A program made the translations under genes and the position numbers. From positions 116,454-180,453 of the forward strand of contig CAZUTV010000001.1 in NCBI GenBank assembly GCA_964623495.1: 64,000 bases of DNA. Reading direction: 5' to 3'. This stretch comes from Candidatus Woesearchaeota archaeon (GTDB lineage Archaea > Nanobdellota > Nanobdellia > Pacearchaeales > GW2011-AR1). The notes beneath the pieces are model-generated. The model saw only the letters and a program-made list of their open reading frames with translations. It had not been told where the DNA came from and did not search any database. Below, piece by piece: positions 56,901-64,000 of this stretch (its first letter is position 1; each line of letters begins with the position of its first letter).

Positions 56901-59264
56901 ATTAATATAATGAAAAAGTGTGGAGGAGCTGCCACTTATTACTGCTGTAAGAACTCTTTCTGTCCCAGAAGTTCCACAGGCATCGTTTAAACAGCTTGTG
57001 TTTCTGCTACTTCCCCATGAACCAGCCGTAAAATTATAAACATAAAAATAAAGGTCGTTTGCTGAAGCAATTTCATTTACTATCTCGTTATATCCTTCCC
57101 AAGTATAAGTTAAATTGTTTATTGTTGACGTAGATTCACTAATTTTAAACCTCACCATAATAACATTATACTGATTAATTCCACTAACCATAGAAATAGA
57201 ATTCCAAGTATTATCGCTTCTGCTAATCTCATCTTCGTTAGTAGAATTCATTGTTGTAGGTCCACTACTCCATCCACTTAAAACAGGAGAAACCGGGTTT
57301 TGAGAATCCAATCCAAAATAACCTATCTGATCTGTTTGATTAGGGTAATAAGTGGCAACAGTTGCAGGATCAATAATATGATCAAACTCCAGGCTTCCAT
57401 CCAAAACTCTAAGATCAAAGGTATCCTGCTCGCCCTGCAAACCATCCAAATAAACAGTATTGTACTCCTCCGAGTTTAAGCTTGTAAACTCAGCAATTAA
57501 AATGCTTTGATTAACTTCATAAACCTCAATTCTCGGGGTTCCATTAACAACTCTCGGATATAAGGTTATATCTCTACTAGAATCAAGTTTATGCTCAAAA
57601 GTGGCTCTTACATAATGTCCTCCAGGAATTGTCTCGCTCCAAATACCATCCAAGTCCTTAACTTGTTCATAGATATCGCTAAGAACAGTATAGTTTTCAT
57701 CTAAATGCTCTGCTTTGGTTATTAAAATAATTCTAAATGTCTGGTTGCTTAGACTAGGAACTATCCATTCAACATAATCGTAAATTCCATTTCCATTCTT
57801 GTCTTCAACCTTTAAGGGAGTAAGATATTTAGATTGCTCTTCCCAATAAATTTTAACTTTGCTAGGATAATTAATCTTAAGATCCTCATTTAGATTTGTA
57901 AAAGCAAGAACATTTTCATAATGAATATCACCAGGCCCAATAATCTTAACCACTTTTCCATCATCAATCTCTTGTTCTTCAGAATAAGGCGCATCAGTAT
58001 AATACCCTATAGCTATTTCAGAATTATCTTCAAGTAATTCCTTGATCTCTACTTTAACCTCATCTCCTACTTCAGAGACATCAACAGCTCTGCCAGTAAT
58101 TCCTCTGCCAAAAAATCCTAAAATAAAGTTAAAAATTCCTTTAAAGAAACCACCGCCCCCGGTTTCAGAAGTTACACTACCTGTAATACCATGGCTTTCT
58201 TCTGCAATTGTCTTCTCATTTTTAACATTAACATCAAGTTCTTCTTCTTTCTCATCTTTTATTTTCTTAACAGAAACATTTCCTGCAAGATTTGGCAAGT
58301 CAACAACCAATCCTTCTGCGGAATTAGCCCCATCAATATCAACTTTAATTCTTTTCTCCCACTTAACAGGCTTACCAAGCACAGCACTATATTGAACAAC
58401 GTTTTCCTGAGTCGTAATATTAACAGTTTCATTTAAAATTGTGGTATTTGTAACATTTTGAACTATTATAAAGTTTGTTTCATTTAAAATCTCAGTTATA
58501 TTGGCAATTGTTCCATTAGTAATTACTGTTTGGTTTGTGGCATTTGTGATAGTTCCTGTCCCTTCACTAGATTCATTTGAAGGAATTTGGGGAGTTTCGA
58601 TTGTTTCATTTTCAGTTACATTTTGTTCTGGCCCAATAATTGTTTCATTAGTAGAAGGTTCTTCTGTTTCATTAGTTGCTGGTTCTTCCTGAGTTTCATT
58701 ACCTATCTCATCAGGAGTTTCTTCAGAAACTGCTTCTGTTATTTCTTCTGCCGGGGTTTCTTCAGTTGTGGTTTCTTCTGGAGTTTCAGTAGAGGTAGAT
58801 TCACTAAAAGAAGAATCACCGCCCCCAGAATCAGAACTAGAAGATTCACTTGAGCTTTCTGAGCCTGATTCACTCGGAGCTTCTTCTGAGGTCAGACCTG
58901 TAAAAAAAGACTTAACATTACTCGCAAGATTCTTAAAGCTAAAACCAGATGCTCCTTGTTCTGATTGAGAAAACTGATTACCCAGAATAAATATAGCTAT
59001 TAGAATAAAGAATATGGCTCCAAGCAAAATAAAAAGTGTTTTGTGTTGTTTAAAAGTAGGGGGTATTTTTGGGAACCTTTTTCTAAAAGGTTCATTGGAA
59101 ACCTTTTCTAAAGGTTTATTTTTAAAAGGTTCAGTTACAGCACGAGTTTCTTTGTTCTCAGAAACATATCTAGAATGGGTCTTTCCTTGCTTGTCCCTAT
59201 AAGTGTGATAATAATACGGCCCAAACCTCTTACCATTACGATAAATATAACGTTTGTATACCAA
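50931..59264 (-). CDS. Giant (2777 aa) membrane-anchored surface protein: three LamG/concanavalin-like domains, parallel beta-helix-like Asn-rich repeats, internal tandem module duplication, Ser/Glu/Thr-rich stalk. TTG start with GAGGT Shine-Dalgarno
   Basis: N-terminal basic cytoplasmic segment plus TM (LFILLGAIFFILIAIFIL). LamG hallmarks FNGTIDDFRVYNRTLTSQQVYQLFQ, FNGTIDDVAFFNRTLNSTEIFNIYN, LDNLQIYNRTLTSQQVYQIYQ. Duplicated ~300-aa modules (THNTPSLSPYPIYLWQNLTCANQST... vs MHNTPSLSPFPGVSSQNLSCYNQST...). Start codon TTG at 59262..59264 preceded by AAAAGAGGT. Confidence 0.7.
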   Translation of the reverse strand: MVYKRYIYRNGKRFGPYYYHTYRDKQGKTHSRYVSENKETRAVTEPFKNKPLEKVSNEPFRKRFPKIPPTFKQHKTLFILLGAIFFILIAIFILGNQFSQSEQGASGFSFKNLASNVKSFFTGLTSEEAPSESGSESSSESSSSDSGGGDSSFSESTSTETPEETTTEETPAEEITEAVSEETPDEIGNETQEEPATNETEEPSTNETIIGPEQNVTENETIETPQIPSNESSEGTGTITNATNQTVITNGTIANITEILNETNFIIVQNVTNTTILNETVNITTQENVVQYSAVLGKPVKWEKRIKVDIDGANSAEGLVVDLPNLAGNVSVKKIKDEKEEELDVNVKNEKTIAEESHGITGSVTSETGGGGFFKGIFNFILGFFGRGITGRAVDVSEVGDEVKVEIKELLEDNSEIAIGYYTDAPYSEEQEIDDGKVVKIIGPGDIHYENVLAFTNLNEDLKINYPSKVKIYWEEQSKYLTPLKVEDKNGNGIYDYVEWIVPSLSNQTFRIILITKAEHLDENYTVLSDIYEQVKDLDGIWSETIPGGHYVRATFEHKLDSSRDITLYPRVVNGTPRIEVYEVNQSILIAEFTSLNSEEYNTVYLDGLQGEQDTFDLRVLDGSLEFDHIIDPATVATYYPNQTDQIGYFGLDSQNPVSPVLSGWSSGPTTMNSTNEDEISRSDNTWNSISMVSGINQYNVIMVRFKISESTSTINNLTYTWEGYNEIVNEIASANDLYFYVYNFTAGSWGSSRNTSCLNDACGTSGTERVLTAVISGSSSTLFHYINSSGHTLMLVQELDSFVECPTIYSWNGSEYLLDSVGIPKLNSSEKERLILSEVPNLEIKDGKAKLQLREVLNETSHLDEIFLLVNDNFSSLNITRKIYPSIVELNGEKIELGEIRFSDNNYLLTNHNDTLDLYFENIPGELPLFQRKTSLGVEGYFTLHQENPFHNTLWTDLIKLDVNYNATDNAPQWSLNSTNSTVRGASVQHSVAWSDDTALSGYIFSFDNGNGTLINDSWVSMNGVANWSNVTKTINSTYNILIQWKVFANDSVNQWNSTDTFSYLTTDNAPTHNTPSLSPYPIYLWQNLTCANQSTVDADGDSVTNIYNWLIDGTSITALYLPFDTNSSSAAKDYSGNGFNATINGTPLWTSGKIGGGYHFNESTNDFLVVPNTSLVLGNNFTINFWFNMGRFPQAPFIDAGFFSKGNYSLGVSLNWNAFDGLILPTRINNSYLLMATYPDPGNWYMYSLACDNRNCTLYINGSRENQSLGAPSNLADYNLTIGLGRDSSGAFSPFNGTIDDFRVYNRTLTSQQVYQLFQDTRNGLTNNATLVYQEMINPQNITCQVTPNDAILDGATSINSSVYTDSAPNVNLVSPVSGSSYIAINSLSLQCNVTDDILIKNISLYINTTGTWHLNQTKYSELPNSGIYDSYNNINMTGNTLLYHFNNDAGYGENLSIVYDFSGSGNNGTPVGFDGDEFIEAYAGNGIGISTDDYVNTSNIFTATATGTISTWVNFKNRVDTTTDYAILGNYNGGAFSSGEFLVYLNNDQDLEFLSATGSAQTNYSSYVNSWHHVALTWASNDVVLYIDGSSKATDSSFSDSIFGFSGQYVLIGRDRDAAASPNPNRDFNGTIDDVAFFNRTLNSTEIFNIYNLTRNYYANFSLSGLSDGSYLWNCLAYDNSSKSSFASSNWTFSADMCSITQVSSSTTLTGSQCEHYNISADNVVFDCNSYRIFGNNSYGIWGVNVAARNNVTIKNCRMEQYAKVIHFDGTNNSFIQNNTLYNNSWINTTYVTVYGIALDNSHNTTLNLNNITKLWSNSTDTSTCYSGNLSAIYINNSNNVLVNSSILNDIVGNYYGDTSAAGGCQGGFVQLGNGIILPLGTYSDSVDILNSNISNLAGGYAIRFENTTNSFVNNSRLSYAQSLIAIVAGGNITVYNNQLNYSTDNATFTGAFNMDDRIIFDHNQLHHGVKGMDISGDIPNGINITYNTLSNFSSSYILIGSNNSVIEHNILRDPPVSSNYSGINIDSVSNILTNNDTITGLVGTNVNSVQVSSSSINLSGLNITNCQTAFYLLSVVDNVSIFNSSITNCSSTDITLGAGAVTNIELYNVSFNKSKIDFLSTGFVEVYYQFTGNTTDQVYTAVSSVNFNLTDTYGALLINNNQTDANGLTTTQWIMEYNQTGDATYVTGCTGSSSTINCSTPHNFSAAKSGYGSNFTGVTMNASKMVHLILYTPVILAYVPTTDTFSIAEPSNQTFSITYSNVTPVNIKWFVDSSRQTPYDNQSTFIWVGNYTQAGTYSIKVNISAGNLEDDQIWSMTVNDTNTEPMHNTPSLSPFPGVSSQNLSCYNQSTSDNESDTVTNVYNWLVNSNSMLLLNMPFDVNVSGSVGVRDYSGNANNGSLTGTTWKSSGKVGGALDFDGVDDSVNIASSSSLNSTHNGLTVAFWANPKTPNAGSNYFVYKSNDISTRAEYTIGLSGSRIRVVIFNETGTSSQLLLSNTTIANDSFTFISFTYNGTKVSVYLNGTLDNSTDTSTVLRKYNNPIILGMNPNDLCLSNCYTNMTLDNLQIYNRTLTSQQVYQIYQDTKNGFSNASTIVNGEFAIDQNLTCQVTPNDAKLDGATKQNSTVIANAYSVAMDLSSRLGQMINWSLSSLPAYNQSADGNNGTGITEYWVNITSYGGTSDLYMKAESDLRTAGGDVLGIGNETYSNSTSNSSVPDSIKIPLTTDFSNHLIASNIGNATIYLKFFLNAPARQAAGNYNNSLSFRAVQNGESP

Positions 59265-59284
59265 CCTCTTTTACCTCTTTTGGA

Positions 59285-59330
59285 AACCTTTCCTAAAGGT
59301 TTATTTTTGGGAACCTTTTCCTAAAAGGTT
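59285..59330. promoter_or_regulatory. Two palindromic sites AACCTTT-CCT-AAAGGTT (59285..59301) and AACCTTTT-CCT-AAAAGGTT (59312..59330), 21-66 nt upstream of the giant gene start. Two more copies lie inside its first 65 codons (59074..59092, 59100..59116)
   Basis: Four copies of the same 7-8-bp inverted-repeat half-sites with 3-nt spacers, regularly spaced ~27 nt within each pair. Read directly from sequence. Confidence 0.45.
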
Positions 59331-59404
59331 CATGTGCTGTAACTATTTAAAGATTGTTGTGAGGCAAGAAAAAGATATAAAAACAAGTAATCTACATTAA
59401 AATT

Positions 59405-60001
59405 ATGATAATAAGACATGTAAGAGCAAGTGATATAGAACAAATGTTTGATTGTTTTAGAGAAGCAGCTATAAGAACCGCAGATTTAACAAACCCAAGA
59501 GCCCAAAAAAGTGGATTTTTTGAATATCCCTTAACTTTTAAACAATTTAGGGCAAGAGCAGAATCTCCCTTAACTCTTGTAGGAGTAAGGAATGGAAGAA
59601 TTATTACCTACGCAATCTCCTATTCATTAAAAGAAGCAAAAGCCCTACAACAAAGAGGGATGTCTGATCCAGTCTTAGATAGTCTCTCTGATTTAGACAA
59701 TTCCGTAATATATCACGATCAATTATATCTACAGCCAGGATTACCTATATATGTTGGAGCAAGAATGCTTCACACCGCAACCACACAAGCTCAAAACGAA
59801 GACTCGCCGGGAGTGATTGGAGCAACACCACAAAAACCCTGGAAAAATGTTAGTGCTACTAGATTATTAGCCTATCACGGATTTAAAAGAATAGGTCTTG
59901 TAGAAGAGGGTCTTGTAAGTCTAGGATTATTTGTAAAACCTTTCTGGCATTTAGACACTCCCTTTAAATCTTGGGGAGACCATCTTGTAACTAAAAATTA
60001 A
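59405..60001 (+). CDS. Hypothetical protein, possibly GNAT-fold acetyltransferase; locally elevated GC
   Basis: MIIRHVRASDIEQMFDCFREAA resembles GNAT N-termini. Otherwise unassigned. GC higher than flanks. Confidence 0.3.
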   Translation: MIIRHVRASDIEQMFDCFREAAIRTADLTNPRAQKSGFFEYPLTFKQFRARAESPLTLVGVRNGRIITYAISYSLKEAKALQQRGMSDPVLDSLSDLDNSVIYHDQLYLQPGLPIYVGARMLHTATTQAQNEDSPGVIGATPQKPWKNVSATRLLAYHGFKRIGLVEEGLVSLGLFVKPFWHLDTPFKSWGDHLVTKN

Positions 60002-61192
60002 CTATCTCGTCACAATTTCCAAAGCATCACGATTCTTTAAAGCATAATCCTTGCCTAAAGCTTTCTTGCTTCTTGCATCAATTGCTTTTATGAAGTTATT
60101 TCCAAAATCGGTATGGAGGAAAAAGGCAAAATCCAAGGCAGTTGAACCGGGAGGCAACAAAAAACAATCCGGAAGTATTCTTCCTTTTGAATCAGCTAGC
60201 TTACTTGCACCTGCAGGAAATATTGCTAAATACCCCAAAAGCCCAAAAACCGCATAGTTAAGTATTTCTTGAACCCCTGTATTCCCATAACTATCCAAGA
60301 CACCATCTTTAATCTTGTCTAAAGCAGCTTTCTGCTTTTCATTTAGCTCTTTAACAATTCTGAAATCTATGTCTCCCGGAATATACTCAATCAAACCATG
60401 CTTAGCAGCCTCTCTTAAAGCCAGCTCTGAATCAGCGCTGCACGGAATAATAACCAGGTCAGGAAAGGTCTTTTTCAGCTTTTCAAAATTATCCTGGCCT
60501 TTTTCAGCATCTATCTTATTGGCTGCAATAATCATTGGTTTGCTCTCTTTTCTAAGTAAAGAAGCAAATCTAAGTACTTGGTCTTCTGTCCATCTGCTTA
60601 AATGTTCGGTGTTTTCTAGCTTCCTGAATACTGCCTTAGCATGCTCTTCACTTACTCCAAGCCCCGAAAACTGCTTTGCAATAGCTCTAGCATAATTAAC
60701 ATCCTTGCCTGTATCAAGCTGCCTTGAAAAAGTCTTCCAAACCTTGGCAAGTATGTTAAAATACCACCTATCTAATTCAAGCTCAAGAAACCTGACATCA
60801 TTGCAGACATCATACTCCTTGCCTGCAAGCTCTTTTCCTTCAGCATCGGTTGTTCCACTTAAGTCAACAATATGAATAAAAGCATTGGCCTGCCTTAAAT
60901 CATCTAAAAACTGATTTCCTAAGCCTTTTCCCTCTGAAGCTCCAGGAACTAGACCAGCAACATCCATTAAATCTATTGGAACAAACCTCTGCCCTTGAAT
61001 GCAAAATCCGTGATTAGGCATACACTTGACCTTAAATTCATTTTCAATGCACTCTACCTTTACATAACCAACCCCGTGATTTGGTTTTATAGTTGTAAAT
61101 GGATAGCTAGCGATTTCAACTTCTGCAAGCGTTGCTGCCTTGAAGAAAGTGCTTTTACCTACACTTGGCTTACCCACAAGTCCAATTAACAT
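60002..61192 (-). CDS. YchF/Obg-family P-loop GTPase with C-terminal TGS-like domain
   Basis: G1 LVGKPSVGKST, G2 region YPFTTIKPNHG, G3 DVAG, G4 ANKID. C-terminal region ends with a TGS-like segment. Confidence 0.7.
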   Translation of the reverse strand: MLIGLVGKPSVGKSTFFKAATLAEVEIASYPFTTIKPNHGVGYVKVECIENEFKVKCMPNHGFCIQGQRFVPIDLMDVAGLVPGASEGKGLGNQFLDDLRQANAFIHIVDLSGTTDAEGKELAGKEYDVCNDVRFLELELDRWYFNILAKVWKTFSRQLDTGKDVNYARAIAKQFSGLGVSEEHAKAVFRKLENTEHLSRWTEDQVLRFASLLRKESKPMIIAANKIDAEKGQDNFEKLKKTFPDLVIIPCSADSELALREAAKHGLIEYIPGDIDFRIVKELNEKQKAALDKIKDGVLDSYGNTGVQEILNYAVFGLLGYLAIFPAGASKLADSKGRILPDCFLLPPGSTALDFAFFLHTDFGNNFIKAIDARSKKALGKDYALKNRDALEIVTR

Positions 61193-61339
61193 AGATTATA
61201 TGAGAAATAATTGTTTAAATGAGTTTCTATAATCAATAAGGTTTTTATATCCCTTTAGCATTTAAAAATAATAATAAAGAGGAAAATAAATTGTGTAGAT
61301 TTTCATCGGAGGCAATTAAAGAAAATCGCTTGAGGGATC

Positions 61340-61356
61340 AAAAACCGTAGGTTTTT
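61340..61356. repeat. 17-nt perfect palindrome AAAAACCGTAGGTTTTT (copy 2 of 2), 3 nt upstream of the ATG of ORF 61360..61893
   Basis: Exact identity with 50916..50932. Flanks differ. Confidence 0.55.
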
Positions 61357-61359
61357 AAT

Positions 61360-61893
61360 ATGTCATTCATAGCAAATCTTGGGTACATACTTCTTGGATG
61401 CGTGATTATAGTAGCAATTTTCCTGGCAATACTCTGGATCCTGGAAAAGAAGCTTAAAATACGCCTTTTGTTTGGCTTCAAAACAAGAAACCAGGTCTTT
61501 ATTGAAAAGCTGTCAAAAACAGATGTCAGCAAACCCCAAGAAGCAATAAAGCAAATTGACAAAGTAGCAAAAGCATTTTTTGTTGAAGCTTTCCATGTCC
61601 AGAGCAGTACAGACTATTCAGAGTTAAAAGAATTTTTTTCAAAGAAAAACAACAAAAAAGCATCTGAGTTCTGTAACATAATGACCCAATTCTTATACTC
61701 GGGAATAAGGGAAAATCTGACAAAAAAAGACGTCCAGAGAATGATAACCTCCCTGGCAGAGATAATAAGCAGCAACAAGATTCTGACAAAAGAGGAAAAA
61801 GAAGAATTAGACAAAAAGGCCAGAGAAAACCAAAAACTCAAGCAAAAGCCAAAAGGCCTAAGATCTAAGCTGCCTTTTTTCAGGAAGAAATAA
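61360..61893 (+). CDS. Membrane-anchored Lys-rich hypothetical protein
   Basis: N-terminal TM YILLGCVIIVAIFLAILWIL. Basic C-terminus. Confidence 0.3.
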   Translation: MSFIANLGYILLGCVIIVAIFLAILWILEKKLKIRLLFGFKTRNQVFIEKLSKTDVSKPQEAIKQIDKVAKAFFVEAFHVQSSTDYSELKEFFSKKNNKKASEFCNIMTQFLYSGIRENLTKKDVQRMITSLAEIISSNKILTKEEKEELDKKARENQKLKQKPKGLRSKLPFFRKK

Positions 61894-61895
61894 TC

Positions 61896-62816
61896 CTAAG
61901 GCAGATTCATATATTTGGTATTGCTCAAGAAAAATTCCAACACAACAAGAATAATTGCCAGCAATAGGAGATAATCTACAGTTTCAATAGTGACTTTTCT
62001 CCGGGTAACCTTAAAAATCTGTGAAAAAGAATTTGTTAGGTTCTGCTTATTTGCGGCGCTAAAATAAACTCCGCCAGTAGAATAGGCCAGGCTCTTTAAA
62101 GAGTCTTCGTCAAGCTTCGAAATAGCAAACTCTGTCTGCCCCCCTTCAGGCGTTCCTATTCCAATAGTGTTAATAACAACATTATTTGCATTGGCGTATT
62201 CAACAGCATCGTCAACATTTCCGACATTCACCTGCCCGTCACTTAATAAAACAATGGCTTTTTGATTCTCATTTTTAAGAAGATTGGTGGAGGTAAGAAC
62301 AGCCTCGTATAAATCTGTACCCCCTATTCCGCTTATGATTATACTATCTATTGCTCTTTTCAGCTCGTCTTTCTTCTCTGTCATGTCTTTATCTATTCTA
62401 GAGCTGGAAGAAAAAGACACAACTCCAAACCTTATGTCTATAGGAGAAGATTCAATAAAACTTGTTGCAGTTTCCTTTGCTGCACTAAGTCTATCAGGAA
62501 TTAAATCTTTTGCAGTCATGCTTTGGGATACATCTATTGCAATAACAAAAGAAAAAGTGCTTGATTCTTGGGTAGTATGGACATTAAATCCTGAAACAGC
62601 AAATACCAAACATAAAACTATCACGATGTTTAAAATTAAAATCACCACATTCTTCGAGAAAAAATCAATTCCCTGTATTCTTGAAATTGCCTCAAAATTT
62701 GCAAATCTAAGGGCGGTTTTTTTCCGGCTCCCCAAAGCTAAAAAATGAATAAAAAACAATAAAGGAATAAAAAAAAGCAGAAATAAATACTGGGGATGTG
62801 AAAAAGAAAAGATCAT
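61896..62816 (-). CDS. von Willebrand factor A domain protein, BatA-like, with N-terminal TM helices
   Basis: MIDAS motif FVIAIDVSQSMTAKD, ...GGTDLYEAV..., IVLLSDGQVNVGN. Two N-terminal TM segments. Confidence 0.7.
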   Translation of the reverse strand: MIFSFSHPQYLFLLFFIPLLFFIHFLALGSRKKTALRFANFEAISRIQGIDFFSKNVVILILNIVIVLCLVFAVSGFNVHTTQESSTFSFVIAIDVSQSMTAKDLIPDRLSAAKETATSFIESSPIDIRFGVVSFSSSSRIDKDMTEKKDELKRAIDSIIISGIGGTDLYEAVLTSTNLLKNENQKAIVLLSDGQVNVGNVDDAVEYANANNVVINTIGIGTPEGGQTEFAISKLDEDSLKSLAYSTGGVYFSAANKQNLTNSFSQIFKVTRRKVTIETVDYLLLLAIILVVLEFFLSNTKYMNLP

Positions 62817-63715
62817 TAAAACCTCCTCTCCAGTCTTTCTTTAAGGAAAATTGCAAGCGGGACAGCAAAACCCTTATCAGTAACTAAATCGACATAGTCT
62901 GCCATTGTTTTTTTGAATATTCCTTCAACAATTCTTGCTTGTTCTTTAGCATAAGCCTCATAAGCTTTTCTGGCAACTTTTGGGTTGACTACCACTTGTT
63001 CGTGGGTTAATGGATTTTCAATCGTAACCTCTCCTTCAATGTCCGGCAGAGTTATATCTAAAGGATCTCTAACTCTAACAAGAATTGTTTCAAATTTCTG
63101 AGAGAGTAAACTTAGTTTTTTCTCTGTTTCTGAGTCAACTTTTAAAAAATCTGAGACCCAAATAACAGAATTTATAGACTTGTCTAAATACGTGACTGCA
63201 AAATCCAGTGCTTTATCGATGTTGCTTGCTCCGCCATATGTATCTGCCCTTGAGAGAAGATCAATAAAAAATTGAAAGTGCTTTTCCCCAAGTCTTGGAC
63301 CTATAAAGTGCCTAACTTCGTCTCCATACAAAATAAAGCCAATCCGGTCATTATTATCCATGATAATCTTTGAAAAGGCAGCAACAAGTTCTGTAATAAA
63401 TTCGCACTTTAATCTTTCAGTAGACCCGAAAACCATATTGCTTCCAACATCGACAACAAAAATCATCTTCAAATCCCTTTCTTCTTTATACTGTTTAACA
63501 AGGAGCTTCTGGCTTCTAGAACTTGCCTTCCAGTCAATATCAGAAGCATCATCATCAGGATTAAAATCCCTGTAAGCCTCAAATTCAAGCCCCTTGCCCC
63601 TAAAAAGAATCTTATAGATGTCTTTTCTAAGCCTAAATTCTTTCATAACTTCCTGAAACTCACTTATTGCGCTTGCAATATCAACGTTAAGTCTTCCTTC
63701 GTTTTTTTGTGGCAT
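62816..63715 (-). CDS. DUF58-family protein (MoxR-associated, VWA-like)
   Basis: DIDWKASSRSQKLLVKQYKEERDLKMIFVVDVGSNMVFGS is the DUF58 hallmark. Stop overlaps the batA-like start. Confidence 0.75.
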   Translation of the reverse strand: MPQKNEGRLNVDIASAISEFQEVMKEFRLRKDIYKILFRGKGLEFEAYRDFNPDDDASDIDWKASSRSQKLLVKQYKEERDLKMIFVVDVGSNMVFGSTERLKCEFITELVAAFSKIIMDNNDRIGFILYGDEVRHFIGPRLGEKHFQFFIDLLSRADTYGGASNIDKALDFAVTYLDKSINSVIWVSDFLKVDSETEKKLSLLSQKFETILVRVRDPLDITLPDIEGEVTIENPLTHEQVVVNPKVARKAYEAYAKEQARIVEGIFKKTMADYVDLVTDKGFAVPLAIFLKERLERRF

Positions 63716-63716
63716 G

Positions 63717-63962
63717 TTAGTTTTTATTTATGGCAATGCATTTATTATTTATGCAGGATAGGTTGCCAATAGTTGGACAGGCAGTGGCACACCCCTTATA
63801 ATTGCAATCTCCTCTTGAATAATCAACCTCTTCATTATAAATTTCATAATCCCCATCAAGTTTGATCACTTTTATGTTCATAGGCATTGGACAACTGCAA
63901 CAGGCAATAATATTAATAGCATAAACGCATTCAAAGTCATACTCGCAATAATCTACCTCCAC
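63717..63962 (-). CDS. Small Cys-rich protein (hypothetical)
   Basis: 81-aa ORF with 11 Cys (CCSCPMP, CNYKGCATACP, CINNKC). Located where a MoxR ATPase would be expected upstream of DUF58, but it is not an ATPase. Confidence 0.3.
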   Translation of the reverse strand: MEVDYCEYDFECVYAINIIACCSCPMPMNIKVIKLDGDYEIYNEEVDYSRGDCNYKGCATACPTIGNLSCINNKCIAINKN

Positions 63963-64000
63963 AAGCTCCTCTCTCCGGATTATAAAGTTGTCCCAGAAAA

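Noticed and set aside
51098-58968. Many 60-120-aa ORFs on the plus strand inside the giant minus-strand gene
   Set aside because: All are embedded antisense or out of frame within a continuous 8.3-kb reading frame with recognisable domains. No start/RBS context or motifs. Considered non-coding.
61896-63962. Expected MoxR-type AAA+ ATPase upstream of the DUF58-BatA pair
   Set aside because: The only ORF in the expected position within the window (63717..63962) is an 81-aa Cys-rich protein without P-loop motifs. A MoxR gene may lie beyond the window end and is not asserted.

Overview
This is an AT-rich (about 33-36% GC) archaeal-type window with dense coding on both strands. I take it to be DPANN-like because the informational genes are archaeal and the proteome is heavy in small membrane, zinc-ribbon and Cys-rich secreted proteins, but this is inference from gene content alone. 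Housekeeping genes I recognise: thioredoxin reductase, SerS, ribosomal proteins uS10, eS6, eL24, eS28 and L7Ae, aIF5B, aIF2-gamma, UppS, Kae1, GyrA/GyrB with CutA, a P-type Ca/Mg ATPase, a CPA2 antiporter, a VIT1-family transporter, a thioredoxin-like/CcdA pair, a secreted cyclophilin, a YchF/Obg-type GTPase and a DUF58-VWA(BatA) pair. There is one RNA gene, tRNA-Asp(GTC). Accessory content is rich. There are several Cys-rich secreted proteins, two of which share a conserved Cys module; a MopE-like repeat protein; two HExxH+CARDB proteases; and a 2777-aa surface protein with LamG and beta-helix modules, a TTG start and a paralogue of its C-terminal domain encoded next to it. The most novel-looking loci are these. 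(i) A GC-elevated island at 15.9-18.5 kb: structured RNA candidate, small ORF, radical-SAM/SPASM maturase, Cys-rich 72-aa peptide, TraB/TIKI-like protein, RHH regulator. It looks like an undescribed archaeal RiPP-type cluster. (ii) A GC-elevated HicA-domain + GHKL-ATPase two-gene module at 23.9-24.9 kb. (iii) Palindromic repeat families (AACCTTT-N3-AAAGGTT x4 around the giant gene start; AAAAACCGTAGGTTTTT x2). (iv) A gyrB-cutA-ZnR-ZnR-acidic peptide-gyrA operon containing an unannotated 52-aa zinc ribbon. (v) A PriS-like AEP primase in an operon with DUF167, ASCH and HExxH proteins. No CRISPR array, rRNA or integrase was found. All calls rest on reading the ORF translations and sequence by eye. 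No database searches were run.
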